Below, in pieces: positions 39,982 through 54,220 of a stretch of DNA of 64,000 nucleotides. Numbering within the stretch: position 1 is the stretch's first letter; every line of letters starts with the position of its first letter. The DNA is from Eledone cirrhosa. Lineage: Eukaryota. The stretch is taken from positions 49,848,001-49,912,000 of the forward strand of contig OZ024747.1 of the NCBI GenBank assembly GCA_964016885.1, given 5' to 3'. The translations under genes and the position numbers were made by a program. The notes below the pieces were generated by a model. It saw only the letters and a program-made list of their open reading frames with translations. It ran no database searches and was not told the DNA's origin.

Positions 39982-40228
39982 CTGTTTTTATGTTAAAAAA
40001 GTGGCTCCAGCGTTACTTTGGTGTTGCAAAAATTATTGTGGTCAAAACAATTTTGATTGGTCGGTAGAGGTCATGTGAATGTAAAAAATTGATTTTGCGC
40101 CAAGACTGTTTTTATGTTAAAAAAGTGGCTCCAGCGCTACTTGGTGTTTGCAAAAATTTTTGTGGTCAAAACAATTTTGATTGGTCGGTAGAGGTCATGT
40201 GAATAAAAAATTGGTTTTGCGCCAAGAT
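39982..40228. repeat. ~124-bp tandem duplication
   Basis: CTGTTTTTATGTTAAAAAAGTGGCTCCAGCG...GCGCCAAGA occurs twice. Confidence 0.85.
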
Positions 40229-40351
40229 TGAGAAATGACTCTTTCACAACAAATATATGTGTGTGTGTGTGTGTGTGTGTAGTAGTAGTAGTAAGGTGTT
40301 CGATGTTGTGATAATGGTTAGCAGGGATGTGTGTCAAATGGCTATTAAGAT

Positions 40352-40458
<107 letters not shown>

Positions 40459-40708
40459 GCAGAGTAATTCGTGGTAGCAGGGATGGTCTGTAAGCAATGG
40501 GGGGTATTTTAGCATGTCAAAAGATATTTTTCAGCTTTTGTCTTATACGGAGAAGTGCGTGTGTGTGTATAAGTCTCTTTGTATGTTAATGTACGCGTGT
40601 GTATATGTGTGTGTGTGTGGGTGGACCAGTATTTTTTTCCCCCTGGTAAAATGGTGTACATTATTCGATTTTTTCAGTAAAATCGGTTCTCTTAACAGAA
40701 CAGCAAAA

Positions 40709-40762
<54 letters not shown>

Positions 40763-40764
40763 AT

Positions 40765-41372
40765 GTCAGGTCACCAGTTGGTGGTACTGGTAACATGTAT
40801 CCCAGTACAACCTGTCTCATGGTGGGGTCGTTGGCGCCTAATCTGGCAACCCCACCAAGGTTTCTTGGTGAGGAGGGTGACTTTGGACATCCCGCAGGAC
40901 TAAAAACAAAACCTGTCAAAGGGCAAAGGAGCTCTTAAGAATCAATGGCCATCCAAAATCACCGGGAGAGATGACCCCTTAGCCTTTGTCAAGGCAGAAT
41001 TCTAGGAGAAGGAAAACTCTGATATAACACCTGCAACCCTGATGGTATCCAATGTTGTTGACTTGTTCTTCTTTTTGGTAAATATCATCTTGGTTAAAAG
41101 AGTGGGACTGGCTTTGTGCAGTGCCTTTGCTCACTATAAAAGCTTCACGGCACAGGCATTGCTTTATATCTGGAGATCTCTCTGCACTTGTCGTCACATG
41201 GTACCATGGGCCCAGCACTATGTATCAATAATTGTCACAAGTGTAGTGTTTGTAGCAGATTTTTCAAGTCGCTGGCTGGACTAAAAAGTCACACTCGTTC
41301 AGCGCATCAGTAGGGGTTCTCCTACATGGATATGAAGTAGTGGCCGTACTCGAAAACGAGTTGGCAGCCACC
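40765..41372 (+). mobile_element. GC-richer insertion resembling an RTE 5'UTR-derived element
   Basis: GGTGAGGAGGGTG..ACTAAAAAC and GAAGGAAAACTCTGA motifs; (TA)n flanks; recalled similarity only. Confidence 0.35.
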
Positions 41373-41553
41373 ATATATATATACACACACATATACACAC
41401 ATATATACATTCATACATATATATACACGGACATAGACATACATACAAACATAAACACACATATGTATATCTCTCTCTCTATATACACACACACACACAC
41501 ACACACACATGCACACACACATATATATATACACATATACATACATACACACA

Positions 41554-41637
<84 letters not shown>

Positions 41638-41916
41638 CATATATGCATATATATATATATGCACATACATATACACATACATACACACAATAATACTTAC
41701 ATACATACAGACACATTTATAACATCGTAATAGAAAAAGATAAATTAATTAGACAAAAAATATTGAAATGCAAACATAATTATCGGTACACATATATGCG
41801 TATATAAACTTATATAGAATATAGAGATAAGAAATACGGACAAGAAAGTATGTATATATAAACACACACACACACATATACACGCGCATATATACACACA
41901 CATATATACACACGTA

Positions 41917-41952
<36 letters not shown>

Positions 41953-41965
41953 TACATATACATAC

Positions 41966-42773
41966 ATCTTCTTCTGTAGACATTTTTAATAAAGCAGCCC
42001 CTTATAATAAGGCCCTTAATAATAGCAGTTTCAACGAACAAATCGAATATATACCCACTCCTCCTACTACCACTAAACACAATAATAGGAAAATAAAAAT
42101 AAAATGGTTTACTCCCCCTTTCTCTTTAACAGTTAAAACTAATGTAGGCAGAAAATTCCTTGAACTTCTAGACAAACATTTCCCCCAACAACATAGATAT
42201 AATAAGATATTTAATAGAAATTTATTTAAAATTAGTTACTCTTGCTGCCCATCCATGAAATCTAAGATTACCAACATGAATATCAATAAAGGAAATCCAG
42301 GATGTAGTTGCAGAAAAGCTGAAGAATGCCCTTTACAGGGGAAATGCAATACGAAATCAACCGTATACGAGGCTAAAGTAACACCTATTAAGAATAGCCA
42401 ACCAGCCAAGAGTGAGCGATATGTGGGTATGACGCAAGATAAATTCAAACTCAGATACTACGCACATGTCGCTCCCTTCAAACACCCAGATAAAAGGACA
42501 CCTACGGCGCTGGCAAATAAAGTGTGGGAGTTAAAAGAACGTAAGATCCTATATTTGATTGATTGGTCCATTTTAGACTACTCAAAAGAATATCAGAAAG
42601 GCACAAAGAAATGTTCTTTGTGTATAACCGAAAAATACAGAACCCTGCAAAGTTTGACATTTTCTAATATTTGCCTCAATTCTAAAACTGAGATCTTCAG
42701 AAGTTGTCCACACATGAAATCACATCTTCTTTCCAGCTGGTATAATATACCTTTGGACACTCAACCACCCTGA
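41966..42773 (+). pseudogene. PLE fragment: RT C-terminus plus GIY-YIG endonuclease (Naiad-like)
   Basis: KIKWFTPPFSLTVKTNVGRKFL..DKHFP, CSCRKAEECPLQGKC, TVY..YVGMT, CSLCITEK, CPH. Confidence 0.88.
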
Positions 42774-43188
42774 ACTTCCTCATTTTACAAATTAACTCTT
42801 CCACTCACTATCCTGAACTCTTTATGAACACATACATTTAACTACAACCATTACACACAATAAACACCCACTTATTTATTTTATTTATATCCCCCCTTTC
42901 TTTTTTTTCATACCTTTAACACACACACGCCTGCCACTTTCATTCTTTCCACCCCTCATAACCTATTAGAGACTTTGAACACTTCTTCCTTTTTAACCTT
43001 TAACCTTAACTTTATCTACAACCAAAAACACTCACATGTTTACTTTAATCACATATCCTTTGTCATACCCTTAACACACGAACTCTGACTACCCTCATTA
43101 CTCTATCATAGCCTTTTTCTTTCTATCTAATAGTTATACTCTTTCTTCATACACCTTTACATTTCATTATTATAATAACGGGAACCCC

Positions 43189-43379
43189 TGATTGGCGGTG
43201 GATTGGCAGTATCGGTAGAGGGTCGGACGCCATGCTTCGACGCAAAGAGTTACGGCCCTTTCCATTCTGAGTTCCAATCCCGCCGAGGTTAACTTTGCCT
43301 TTCATCCTTACGGGGTCGATAAAATAAAGTACCAGTAATACACTGGGTAATTGCTGGTCTTGTGCCAAACGTAGAAGCA
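43189..43379 (+). mobile_element. Nin-type SINE with 20-bp TSD
   Basis: TSD ATTATAATAACGGGAACCCC at 43169-43188 and 43380-43399. Confidence 0.9.
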
Positions 43380-43623
43380 ATTATAATAACGGGAACCCCA
43401 ATTCTATCTTTCAGATAATATATTCATAGATATATATGGATATATGCCTGTTTATGTATGTATTTCCTATGTGTTTATGTATAATTGTGTGTGTATTCTT
43501 GTATTTATATGTGTATATGTATATGTATAATTATATATATGTGTGTGTATGTGCATGTCTATGTATGTGTATGTATATGTTCTGCATGTACGTATGTGTG
43601 CATGAGTGTGTGTATATATATAT

Positions 43624-43687
<64 letters not shown>

Positions 43688-44182
43688 CCATATTTGTAAT
43701 ATGTGTGCGTGTATATATTTATATGTGTGTTTATGTACGTATGTATACGTGGTGTATATCTTATAGTTTATATAATTTTATCTATTACATCTTTTTAGCT
43801 GTGTATATACACACTTTTCCTATTATATGCATTTCCATACTTCTATGCCTGCTTACATGCGTATGTATATTTATGTATTTTTATATTTTTCTTCTTTCTT
43901 TCTTTTCTTTTTTCATATGTGTAAATGTATGTGTGTATGTATATTTATTTATGCATGTGTGTTTTTTTTTATATATGCACATAGCTGTGTGTGCATGTAT
44001 ATATATACATATATATATATATAAATAAATATACACGGGTGTGTATGATTGTGTATAGAAGATTATATTAATAAAAGGAATTCCAACTTTGTCTGATTTA
44101 TTCGTTTTATTTACAATCCTTTAAAATTATAATGATATTATAATGAAATAGTATGGTAGAATATTAAATGTTATGTGTTAAT

Positions 44183-44222
44183 TGAACAAGTACTTTTAAT
44201 GCTTTCGCAATCTTCAGGTTCA
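44183..44222 (-). ncRNA. ultra-minimal hammerhead candidate (stem II reduced to 4 nt)
   Basis: tgaac-CUGAAGA-uugc-GAAA-gca..tac-UU-gttca; downstream of a same-strand PLE EN. Confidence 0.55.
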
Positions 44223-44634
44223 TATTCAATGATGACAGTCAATTTTGCAATTTTCAACTGTAATGAGATGGGTAAATTCTGTGCCTCATATACAGTAAAA
44301 AAGGGCTACAGAATGCTAAGTTTTGCAAACTGTATTTCGACCAATCGGTGTGTAGTGTCACTAGATTACTAAAGCTGATTGGTTTAGGCGTAATGGTTGG
44401 TTGAGCATGTCTAACGACTTCTATTTGACCCTATCCAAAGCATCAATTGTTTTGCTATTCTTTGAAATGATGAAAATAACATTTTCTAGGGTTTTTACAA
44501 AAAATCTTCAGTAATCATCACCATCAACATCACTTTTATTATTATTATTGTTGTTGTTGTTGTTAGTGGTGGTAGTCGACATGGTCGTAGGTGTAGTCAT
44601 AGTAGGAGTAATACTCCTAAGCATTATTATTGTT

Positions 44635-45160
44635 CATTTAGCTTGGGTTGGAATTTATCAATAAAATTATTTTCTTTAATTTTTCTCTTGATTTCACTTG
44701 GGCTGTGTAATTTGTAGAATGGAAATATTATAAATATTTTCTTTCTGACCACATGTTGCTAAATGGTTACTCAGGGGTATTTGACGGACATTTGGGTCTC
44801 TGATTTGCTGTCGGTGCACCCGTACACGTTCCGATAGTGCATTTCCAGTTTGACCGACATATAGTTCTTCACAATTCGGGCATTAATGCAGTAAATTAGA
44901 TTTCTGCTTTTGCAGTTCATATTTGCATTTGGGAATATTTTTCCAGTTTTTGTGTTCATATATTGACCGGTGTGTATGGATTGACATGTGCCACATCGAC
45001 TATTATTGCATTTAGATACAGTGAATGATTGGTCTTTGTTGTTAAGGTCAAACTTTGCCTTTGTTAGTAATTGCTTCAAATTTTTCAGCCGTCTTTTACT
45101 AAGAGTCAAAGATCGGTCTGTGATTAAACCTTTTAATTCATTACTTTGAGCAATGATCGG
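44635..45160 (-). pseudogene. PLE GIY-YIG endonuclease fragment (Neptune-like)
   Basis: [21 protein letters not shown], then after a frameshift [24 protein letters not shown]. Confidence 0.82.
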
Positions 45161-45428
<268 letters not shown>

Positions 45429-45463
45429 TCACAAGAATAAAAGCTATGTTCAAACCATTTATT

Positions 45464-45510
45464 CACTTACAATTGTTTCATCCAAACCTAGGCTTGGAAT
45501 CTTCGGAGCA
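45464..45510 (-). ncRNA. minimal hammerhead in the 3' pLTR (U4C core)
   Basis: tgct-CCGAAGA-u-tccaagcc/ggtttgga-u-GAAA-caattg-UA-agtg. Confidence 0.62.
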
Positions 45511-46952
45511 TTTTTCAATGCTTGTACATATAATTGACCCCCCTATCCAACGCAGGAGACATACAGATACATATATATATATATTGATGTACAGTGGAGT
45601 GACATATATTATACTATACTATATTTGTACAGCAATTCAAATTTAAAATCAAAATTAAAATTAAAACTAAAATACATGCGGTAGATAACACAGATAATGT
45701 AAGAGGATAGTTTGATAATCAGATCTAGTAGATAGTGTATGTGTTAGTCACACATGGAGCATGCAAGTGTGTCTCATTTATATACGATTATTGTGTGGCA
45801 AGGTGTTACATGTAATGCAAGCACCTTAAGCGGGTAAGCAAGAGTATTATGGTGGTTATAGTGGTAGGGTATTTTTTGTATAGATAAAAAAAGTATGTGT
45901 GCAGAAAAAGAAAGTTATAGTTTTCGCATCCACCACCATTTTCACATTCAGAAAAAGGAAGAAATAGCTTTTACATCCATCACATAAGTTACGATGATTT
46001 CGTATTGAATGTTTGATGCATTACATTATTGTAGCGTATTAAGGCTCAGTGTTATTTAATCCATATTTATAGAATAGGTTCTTTCTGCTGCGAGAATTTA
46101 CAGTGGTTTATTACCCGGAAGTAGGTGTGTAATTAAGGGGAGTTAATGCGTAAGGGGAGGTAACTAGCTGATTCTCATAACTAAATTCATTGTTCTAACA
46201 TACATTATATGGTGCCTCAATTGAGTCCCTTATATAAAAGGTTATATATTTATATCTAATTTTCAATTTTAAATATAGTCTACTCTATCATAATGTATTA
46301 AAGGTATCTATAGGAAGTTGATTACTCTTTATTAAATAGCGCTATAATTAAATTTCCCACACAAAGTGCTATATCTTTATATCAAAATTCACTGTAAATA
46401 CAGTCTACTCTCAAAACATATCAGAGGGCCAATTAGAATTTTGTCTACATAACCCCTGGTAAGCTATGGAGCAGCGTACGGCTGTTTGCATGATAAAATC
46501 AAATACATCTCTTGGGTAGACAAATACATCCCTCATTTACAATGTCATTAATCCATCCATCAAGTTATACATGTATATACAATTCATATATAATTCATTG
46601 CACCACCCTATATAATATAAGTTAGACAGATCCCTTATGTTAATAAATTAATCTTATATATATCTAATGTTATTACTCCATACATTTAATTACAATTGCA
46701 TATATAATTCACTGCTGTATCTAGTATTTAAAGTTTATATAGACTGTATTATATTACTATATAATTATAAGTAATTGAAAGTAATTATATTAAAAGTTGG
46801 TGTTTATGGGGATATTTCTAGGGTATAATGTTATAGATAGATAGAATGATTTGTGTCGAGGGAAGGGTGGATCAGAGAGTGTGGTGTAGTGGTGTAAGGC
46901 ATGCCCTTGAGGTGTGGTGTTAGAAGCGGTGATGGGTTCAAGTCTGACATTG

Positions 46953-49412
46953 TTATATATTGGGTTTAAAGTTTTGGAAGGAGTGTCGGAAGCGGTGCTG
47001 GCACGACGCAAACACTTCCGATTTTTTATTAAGGAGGTTAAGGTTCGAAAAGATTTTAGTATGGGTCTCTAGTAGACAGAGGTTACAGAATTTATTAGGT
47101 GGTCTGTACGATGCCGCCTTACCTATCACTTCCCATTGAAGTGTATATGATCTATTTCTAGTTTTCAGATAGTGTATGTAGCTAAATAGTGAAGTGGAGT
47201 TGGCTAGACTGTGTTTTTTGAAAGAATGGAGATGTGAATTGTATCTGGTTTTGAAGCAATTCGAAGTAGAACCTACATAGGTTTCAGAAGAGTTGCTAGT
47301 TCTGACCGTGCATGAGTAGATGATGTCCTTGATTAAGCAGTTTTTACCTAAAGGGCAGGTTCTATTAGATCTACAGTTACAATTATTTTGGATATTAACC
47401 TGTCGGTTATTATGTTGTGTAGAAGTCTGGTTGCTAGGTATTGCATTATGGCTACGGGGGTTGTCGCTCCCAATGTTATTGATTTCATTAGTGTTATTAC
47501 TATTATTACTATTGATATCAGGGTTTGCAGATATTACGTTGTTTTGAAAGTTTACCCCCTGCTGTATTTTAGTTTGTTGAAGGTAAGTATTAATCTTTCT
47601 TTTATTGCTACTAGCTATGTGGTATGCTATGTTAGGCGTGGTAGAGTAGGAGATTTTAATGGTGTTTTTATTTATAAGACTATGGTACTTGTGGCCAGAT
47701 GGGAGGTTTTTATCCAAGAGTGAGAAGAAAGCCTTAGGTAGGTTGGTAGAGACGTTTAGATTGAAAGGGGGTTGAAAAATGTATTATTTCTTCTTCTATT
47801 TTTGTTTTTTATATCTGTTGAGGTGTTTCCGTTTATGGTATTTTGGTGTCTTCTCTGGTGTGAGTTATGTTTGTTGCTACCCTTCGTATTAGTGTGTGTG
47901 TGGTTATTACTCTTATTACTATTTTCCTCGTGGACATATTGTGAGAACTAATGTTGTAACTATGTGTTTTTATAGGTAGGAACTCGATCTCATTATTATG
48001 GCCTGATCTAGCTAATGCCTGATTATAGTATTGTGAGTTTTTGCTAAATATGGTTTCGTCATAAGATAGATTAGAGATTCTATTGGATATTCCTTTAGAG
48101 ATAGAGTTTAATATTGATCTAGGGTGGTTATACTTGGTATTTACGTAAATTAGTTTTTCGTTAGGTTTATGGAATGGTGTATATATTTTAGAGTCTAGGT
48201 AAAGGGTAGCATCAAGGAAGTTAACGTTTTTAGTGTTTTTGTCTATGGTGATACATAGGTTATAGTTTTTGAAAGTTTTATGCAATAGTTTCCTAGTTCT
48301 TTCTATATTAAATTTTTTATAGTCTATAAGGAGTAGTGCATCATCGCGGTACAAACCACCGTTGAGGTATGGTAGGTCCTTATGGATTTCGTTTAGTAGG
48401 TATATGCCCACCAAATCAGTGACCTGCGCCGAGTCACTAGATCCCATGGTTATGTCAAAGTTGTTATGCGTATCCTTGCGGGTCCATAACTGATCTTCAA
48501 AAGTAATTACGGTTTTACGGGCCGCAAGTATGACATCAATCTGGGGTCTAGTCAGGTCACTATTGTTCATGGCCATAATTAGTGCCTTATTTAATAGGAT
48601 ATGGGAAATAAGGGTGTAGTATAAATTGATATCAAACTGAATAAATTTTTTATTTTTGTTCTCTTTGATATCCTTAAACCATTCAATAACTTCACCCGTA
48701 TTTCCCCACTGTTTAAGGTATATTTTGTGTTTAATCTGTGGGATGATTTTCTATAAAATTTTCTTACTGATAATGCCAATGTCAGTCTTGGAAGGGCAGA
48801 TTAGTCTAATCGAAGGGTTACTAATGAAATCCTCCTTATGGTCCTTCAGAGAGAATCTAGGGGGGTTCGGGGTGTATGGTTGTGTATGTCTCTGAAGTCC
48901 CAGTTTGGACACTATACTACGGCCTTCCAAATTAATATCTTCTAGGTTTTTCATAGTAGTTTTCTTGTAGCTCTTGTGTAGTTCATTATATATAAACTTT
49001 CTATATGTATCATAATCTAGGCTGTATATGTTATTAGTTTTGTCCGCATGCACAATAATTTTACTACTTGTTTTGAATCCATTAATAGAGGAGTTAAGTT
49101 TGTTTAAGAAGGTGTTGTTTCTATTACGATGCTTTTTTTGTATTTAATGTTCTTAACTAGTTTTATTAGGTCATTTTCAAAGGAGTTTAGTAGTGTGTTG
49201 TGAGGGGAGCTTCTAAAAGTTTTAAAGCCGAAGGAGTCGAATTTGTTAGTATCATCAATTTTGTTAGATCTGTTTTTATCATAATGGAATGTCCTCCATC
49301 TCACTCTATTGATAAAGGAGTTGACACTATTGATCAATAATTTTTCGTATGTATCTTTGGATGGTATTGGTATGTTCTTAGTTGACATAGGAAGTTGGTC
49401 TTTGATCAGCAT
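46953..49412 (-). pseudogene. frameshifted PLE RT plus GIY-YIG ORF
   Basis: STKNIPIP..INRVRWR, ADKT, LKDHK..RLICP, FIQFDI, MGSSDSAQVTDLVG, GLYRDD, VNFLD, CNCR..CPL..C, IIY..YVGST, CNLC..CQH. Confidence 0.92.
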
Positions 49413-49822
49413 ATTGGTAATTTAATGTATGTTAGCTCAACAGTATGGAGCAGTTAATAATATTAAGGATACTATTTATAGTTATGTATATTTTAAACTA
49501 TAAACAGGGAAGGTCAGTAATTTATTACTACCTTATTACCAGTAAGATAAATAGCTCAATGTAATAACATCAGTTGTTCTACAGAGCAGTTATATAGAAT
49601 TCACAAGAATCAAGGCTATGTTCAAAGCATTTATTCACTTACAATTGTTTCATCCAAACCTAGCTTTGCTTCTTGTGAATTCTATATAACTGCTCTGTAG
49701 AACAACTGATGTTATTACATTGAGCTATTTATCTTACTGGTAATAAGGTAGTAATAAATTACTGACCTTCCCTGTTTATAGTTTAAAATATACATAACTA
49801 TAAATAGTATCCTTAATATTAT

Positions 49823-49895
49823 ATATGTATATATATATATGTATATATATATATGTATATATATGTATGTATGTATGTATGTATATATATATATA

Positions 49896-49926
<31 letters not shown>

Positions 49927-49967
49927 TTATTTGTTTGTGTGTATGTATGTACGTCTGTATATGTATG

Positions 49968-50000
<33 letters not shown>

Positions 50001-50223
50001 GTGTCGGTGTATGTATGTATGTATGTATGTATATGCGTGTATGTATATATATATGTAAGTGTGTGTATATATGTATATATGTGTATATGTGTATATATAT
50101 GTGTATATATATGTGTGTGTGTGTGTGTGTGTATATGTGTATGTATGTGTATGAATATATATATATATATGCATGTGTGTATATGTGTATGTGTGAGTAT
50201 GTATGTATGTATGTGTATGTATG

Positions 50224-50268
<45 letters not shown>

Positions 50269-50561
50269 TATTATATGAACAGAGAACATAAAACAGAGAT
50301 GCAGCACAATTGATATGCTCTTTGATTTCACGATATATATATGTATATATGTATGTATATATATATATGTGTGTATATATATATGTTTGTGTGTATATGT
50401 GTGTATGTGTATGTACATATGTGTGTGTACGTGTGTATATACTTATGTGTGTATAGGTGTACGTATGAGTATATATATATATATATATACGTATATATGT
50501 GTGCGCATGTGTATGCATGAGAGTGTGTGTGCGTGCGTGTATATGTATATGTATGTGTATG

Positions 50562-50606
<45 letters not shown>

Positions 50607-50800
50607 ATATATATTTATATATGTATATGTATGCGTATGTATGTACACATATATGTGTATGTATGTATTTGTATGTATGTATGTATGTATGTATGTGTGT
50701 ATGTACCATTATGTATGTTTGTTGTGTGTGTGTGACTGCCTGTGTGTGCGTGCATGTAAGTGTGTGTACTTGTGTAAGTGGGCGCATGTGTGAATGTGTT
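49823..50800. repeat. (TA/TG)n compound microsatellite
   Basis: Direct reading. Confidence 0.93.
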
Positions 50801-50807
50801 TGTTGAC

Positions 50808-51343
50808 ACCTGGAATATATATTAAGAGAAACTTCACTATAGGGAGTTCAGCCCAATACTTGAATCTGTTGATGGAACCTTTTCTGCCTTTGTCACCCTC
50901 AATTTAGCCTTAAAGAATTAGCTTCGAAAGAATTTCCCTTTTCTTTAAACCATTGAACCCCACCCATCCTGTAGACACCTGTCTTACAGGCATTGTTAGT
51001 CTAAGTGATAAACAAGGATTGGTATTCCAATTTTGAACTTGTTTACAGTATTCTTTCTACCTTTGTTAATATTATAGCTTTAAAGAATTAGCTTTTAATG
51101 AATCCCCTTTCTTTAAATCCTTCAACCAATGACCTACACCCATCCCAATCCCCACCCTCTCCTACCACCAGATAAGGAAAGACATAAATACTACCGTTTA
51201 CATGGACGTCCAGCTTCCTGATGATTTCTCGCGAATGAAACAGTTCTAGTCCTGTAGAAGCTCTTCTATATTAAAACTTTTATACTCTGGTATGTATTGA
51301 GTACCTTACTTACTGTGGTTACCTCCGATTCAACCCGGAATAA

Positions 51344-51346
<3 letters not shown>
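50808..51346 (+). mobile_element. probable PLE 3' end (pLTR)
   Basis: Weak EN C-terminus-like remnant, HHR, and end in (TA)n. Confidence 0.55.
51212..51262 (+). ncRNA. type I hammerhead ribozyme
   Basis: agcttc-CUGAUGA-u-ttc/gaa-u-GAAA-cag/ctg-UA-gaagct; all stems perfect. Confidence 0.85.
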
Positions 51347-51373
<27 letters not shown>

Positions 51374-51376
<3 letters not shown>

Positions 51377-51696
51377 TCATCATCATCATCATTTCATTTT
51401 ACGTCCACTTTTCCCTGCTTGCAAGGGTGGGACGGGAACTGATTCTGGCTTGATTTCTACAGCTGGAGGCCCTTCCTAACACCAACCTCATTTACAGTGA
51501 GTGCTGGGTGCTTTTTTTACAGTGGAATGATAGGGACCCCAGTCCCTATCATCTCATTTCTACAGCTGAGTAAACTGGAGCAATGTGAAATAAAGTGTCT
51601 TGCTCAAGGAAACAACACATCAGCCGGTCTGAGAATTGAACTCACAACCTTTCGATTGCAAGGCCAATGCTCTAACCACTAAGCCATGTGCCTCCA
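51374..51696 (-). mobile_element. composite SINE: tRNA head, central domain, RTE 3' tail
   Basis: A-box TGGCTTAGTGG, B-box GAGTTCAATTC, TTTCCTTGAGCAAGACACTTTA domain, and a tail shared with RTE 3'UTRs. Confidence 0.85.
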
Positions 51697-52432
51697 TCAT
51701 ATATATATATGATGGTGTTTTAACCGCCACATAGTACCTTTAAATTACAGAACAAATCGGAACTATTATATAATAAAATGTTAAACTGTTGAACTTAAAA
51801 TTTTCTAACCTCTTTAATATTGAATATTGATTATTAATTTTTTTTAACTTCATCCTAGAAGTCTAAACACTGTAACACACTGACTCCCAATATATTCACC
51901 TCTGCTAAGATGCGGGTCCTTGTGAAAATTTTCTCGCGCCACTCCTGGCTTGACTGTGGTCTGACATTAATATCGACCTTTCTTCCTCTTTCTTTCTATC
52001 TTCCTTCTTGTAGCCATCAACCCTTACTTTTCTACTTCTCTCTTCTCTTCCTTCTCTTCTCCCCTCTTCCTGTCTTCCTCCCGCAGACTTATCTTCCATC
52101 CCCCTCTTGCTTGCCTATATCTGACCGGTAGTAGTTGCCTTTCTTCTTTTAGCTGACATTAACCCTGGCTTCTCTTCTTTCTTCCCCCTTCTTCTCTCTC
52201 CTTCCTTTCTTTCTTTCTTTTACCTTGTGTCATGAGATCGACGTTGACCTATGTTCCCATCCCTTTCTGTTTTCGTTTATCTGACCGGTAGTAGCATACT
52301 ATAAACTTTAGCCACGTCACTCCAGGGTGACCGGCTGAGGTTGAAGGAACAGAATAGCGGTCGCCCTCGGGTCCTCGATTTTCAGCCCCATGGATTTTAT
52401 CTATTACATTACATTCACGTATTATATTTCGA

Positions 52433-52490
52433 ATACCTGATGATATCACCGGATTCATACGGAACCCGGTCATTGAAATGATCATAGTAT
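52433..52490 (+). ncRNA. minimal type I hammerhead ribozyme
   Basis: atac-CUGAUGA-stem II (accgg/ccggt)-GAAA-tgatca-UA-gtat. Confidence 0.8.
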
Positions 52491-52565
52491 AATAAACCTT
52501 TCAAGGATTTACACAAATCCAGCCTCCTGTCATTTCATTATATATATATACATATATATATATAT

Positions 52566-52604
<39 letters not shown>

Positions 52605-52784
52605 TATATATATGTTTGTGTGTGTAAAGATCATTACATTCCAGAAGACAATGTTCACCTTTCACCTGAGAATCATTTTATGTTTGTGTAATGTTTAGTA
52701 ATGATTACTTCAGTCAGTATCAATAATTTCTAAATGTTTAACTAGAAACTAAACTTTCTTGTGTTTTAGTATTCTTATTAGTTT

Positions 52785-53012
52785 TGGTGGATTGGCAGTA
52801 GAATCGGTAGAGCGTCAGACAACATAGTTTGTGGCATAGAGTAACAGAGCCCTTTACATTCTGAGTTCCAATCTTGCTGCGGTTAGCTTTGCCTTACATC
52901 CTTACGGGGTCGATAAAACAAAGTACCAGTAATGCACTGGGGTCGATTTAATCGACTTTCCCCTCCTCTAAAATTGTTGACCTTGTGCCTAAATCAGAAA
53001 CCATTATTGTTA
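52785..53012 (+). mobile_element. Nin-type SINE
   Basis: Family core present. Confidence 0.78.
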
Positions 53013-53021
53013 TTATTATTG

Positions 53022-53600
53022 TCCTCCTCCTCCTCCTCCTCCCCTCCTCCTCCACCTCCTCCTCCTCTCCTCCTCCTCCTTCACCCACTTATTCCTGAGA
53101 GGGTTGTGGGTGTAGAGTCCTCGAGCACTCCTTCCAGCAGGTCCTGTCAGAAGCCACCATCTCCAACTGATCCAGCTGTATCCCCAAGCGAGACCAGCCA
53201 AGCTCATGGATGTAATCTAACCATCTTGCTCGGGGTCTACCCCTGGGTCTCCTGCAAGTTGGTTTTGCCGGTAAAATCTGACCAGCGATTCTTTCCTGAG
53301 ATATTCTAACCACATGCCTATAGTATCGGAGCTATGAGAAGTAGCGGCTCTACCTGATCTCTGATCTACACACTCTATTGAATAGCATTACTCTAAAGAC
53401 CATTTGAAAGAACCCCATTTAGGTCACTTGCATTTGTGATCGTATTCTTTCGGTCATTACCCAAGATTTATGACCATAGGTAAGGGTTGGCATGATAATC
53501 AAAATTGGCTTTTACACCTACCTCCCTTCTTCTGATTACTGTATGCTGAAACTGGCACATCTCTGCTCTAGCTACTGCAATTCAGCCTCCTACCTTCTAT
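53022..53600 (-). pseudogene. 3' fragment of a Rex3/Expander-like RTE LINE with (GAG)n tail
   Basis: RRPRGRPRARWLDYIHELGWSRLGI..VASDRTCW; short related piece at 56160-56231. Confidence 0.75.
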
Positions 53601-53939
53601 CACTTGTGAACATCTTGCAAAACAAATACAAAAATGAAATAATTTCTGTGTTAGTCTTCAACTTCATTTGCATTTAAATTGATTGGAATTTCTTTGCCAG
53701 GAATAACAACCACAAAAATATCTCTAGTTCCTTGTCTTTGGTAGATAACACTTACAAAGATAAATATCTTTGACTAATTATCTAACAAAAATATAAATAA
53801 ATAAATGAAAAGAAAAGTAATAACTATTTTAGTTTCTTAACTATAAGTGGAATGTAATTCATGGCTGGTATTTACTGTAAGGTATAATTTGTATGACTAG
53901 TTCTTTTATTTTTATCTGTTACCTGGAAGAACATCATGT

Positions 53940-54220
53940 ATCATCATCATCATCATTTAACGTCTATTTTCCACGCTAGCATGGGTCTGGACGGGAATTG
54001 TCCCACTTGAGGCAAGATTGGTTGTCTTGCTCGTATAGGACTGTCTGGCAGGTTTTCTACGGCTGGATGCCCTTCCTAACACCAACCACATTTACAGTGT
54101 GGACTGGGAGGTTTTTACCGTGTTACCTACACGGCCACATTACAGCGTGGACTGTGTGTTTTTTGTCGTGACACCTACATGACCTCACTTATTAGGACTG
54201 GATGTTGTGGTACCAACATA
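53940..54220 (-). mobile_element. RTE 3'UTR fragment (subfamily B)
   Basis: Matches 31650-31934. Confidence 0.8.

Noticed and set aside
40820-40905. HDV-like ribozyme in the RTE-like 5' region
   Set aside because: Only one long hairpin is evident; the L3/P1.1 and P2 pseudoknot could not be built.
46953-47717. Selenocysteine-recoded PLE endonuclease
   Set aside because: Conserved Cys positions use normal codons here and at 42255-42773; no in-frame UGA at those sites.
51620-51696. tRNA gene (also 63110-63184)
   Set aside because: A/B boxes are present, but there is no acceptor-stem closure or terminator and the sequence continues into a SINE body.
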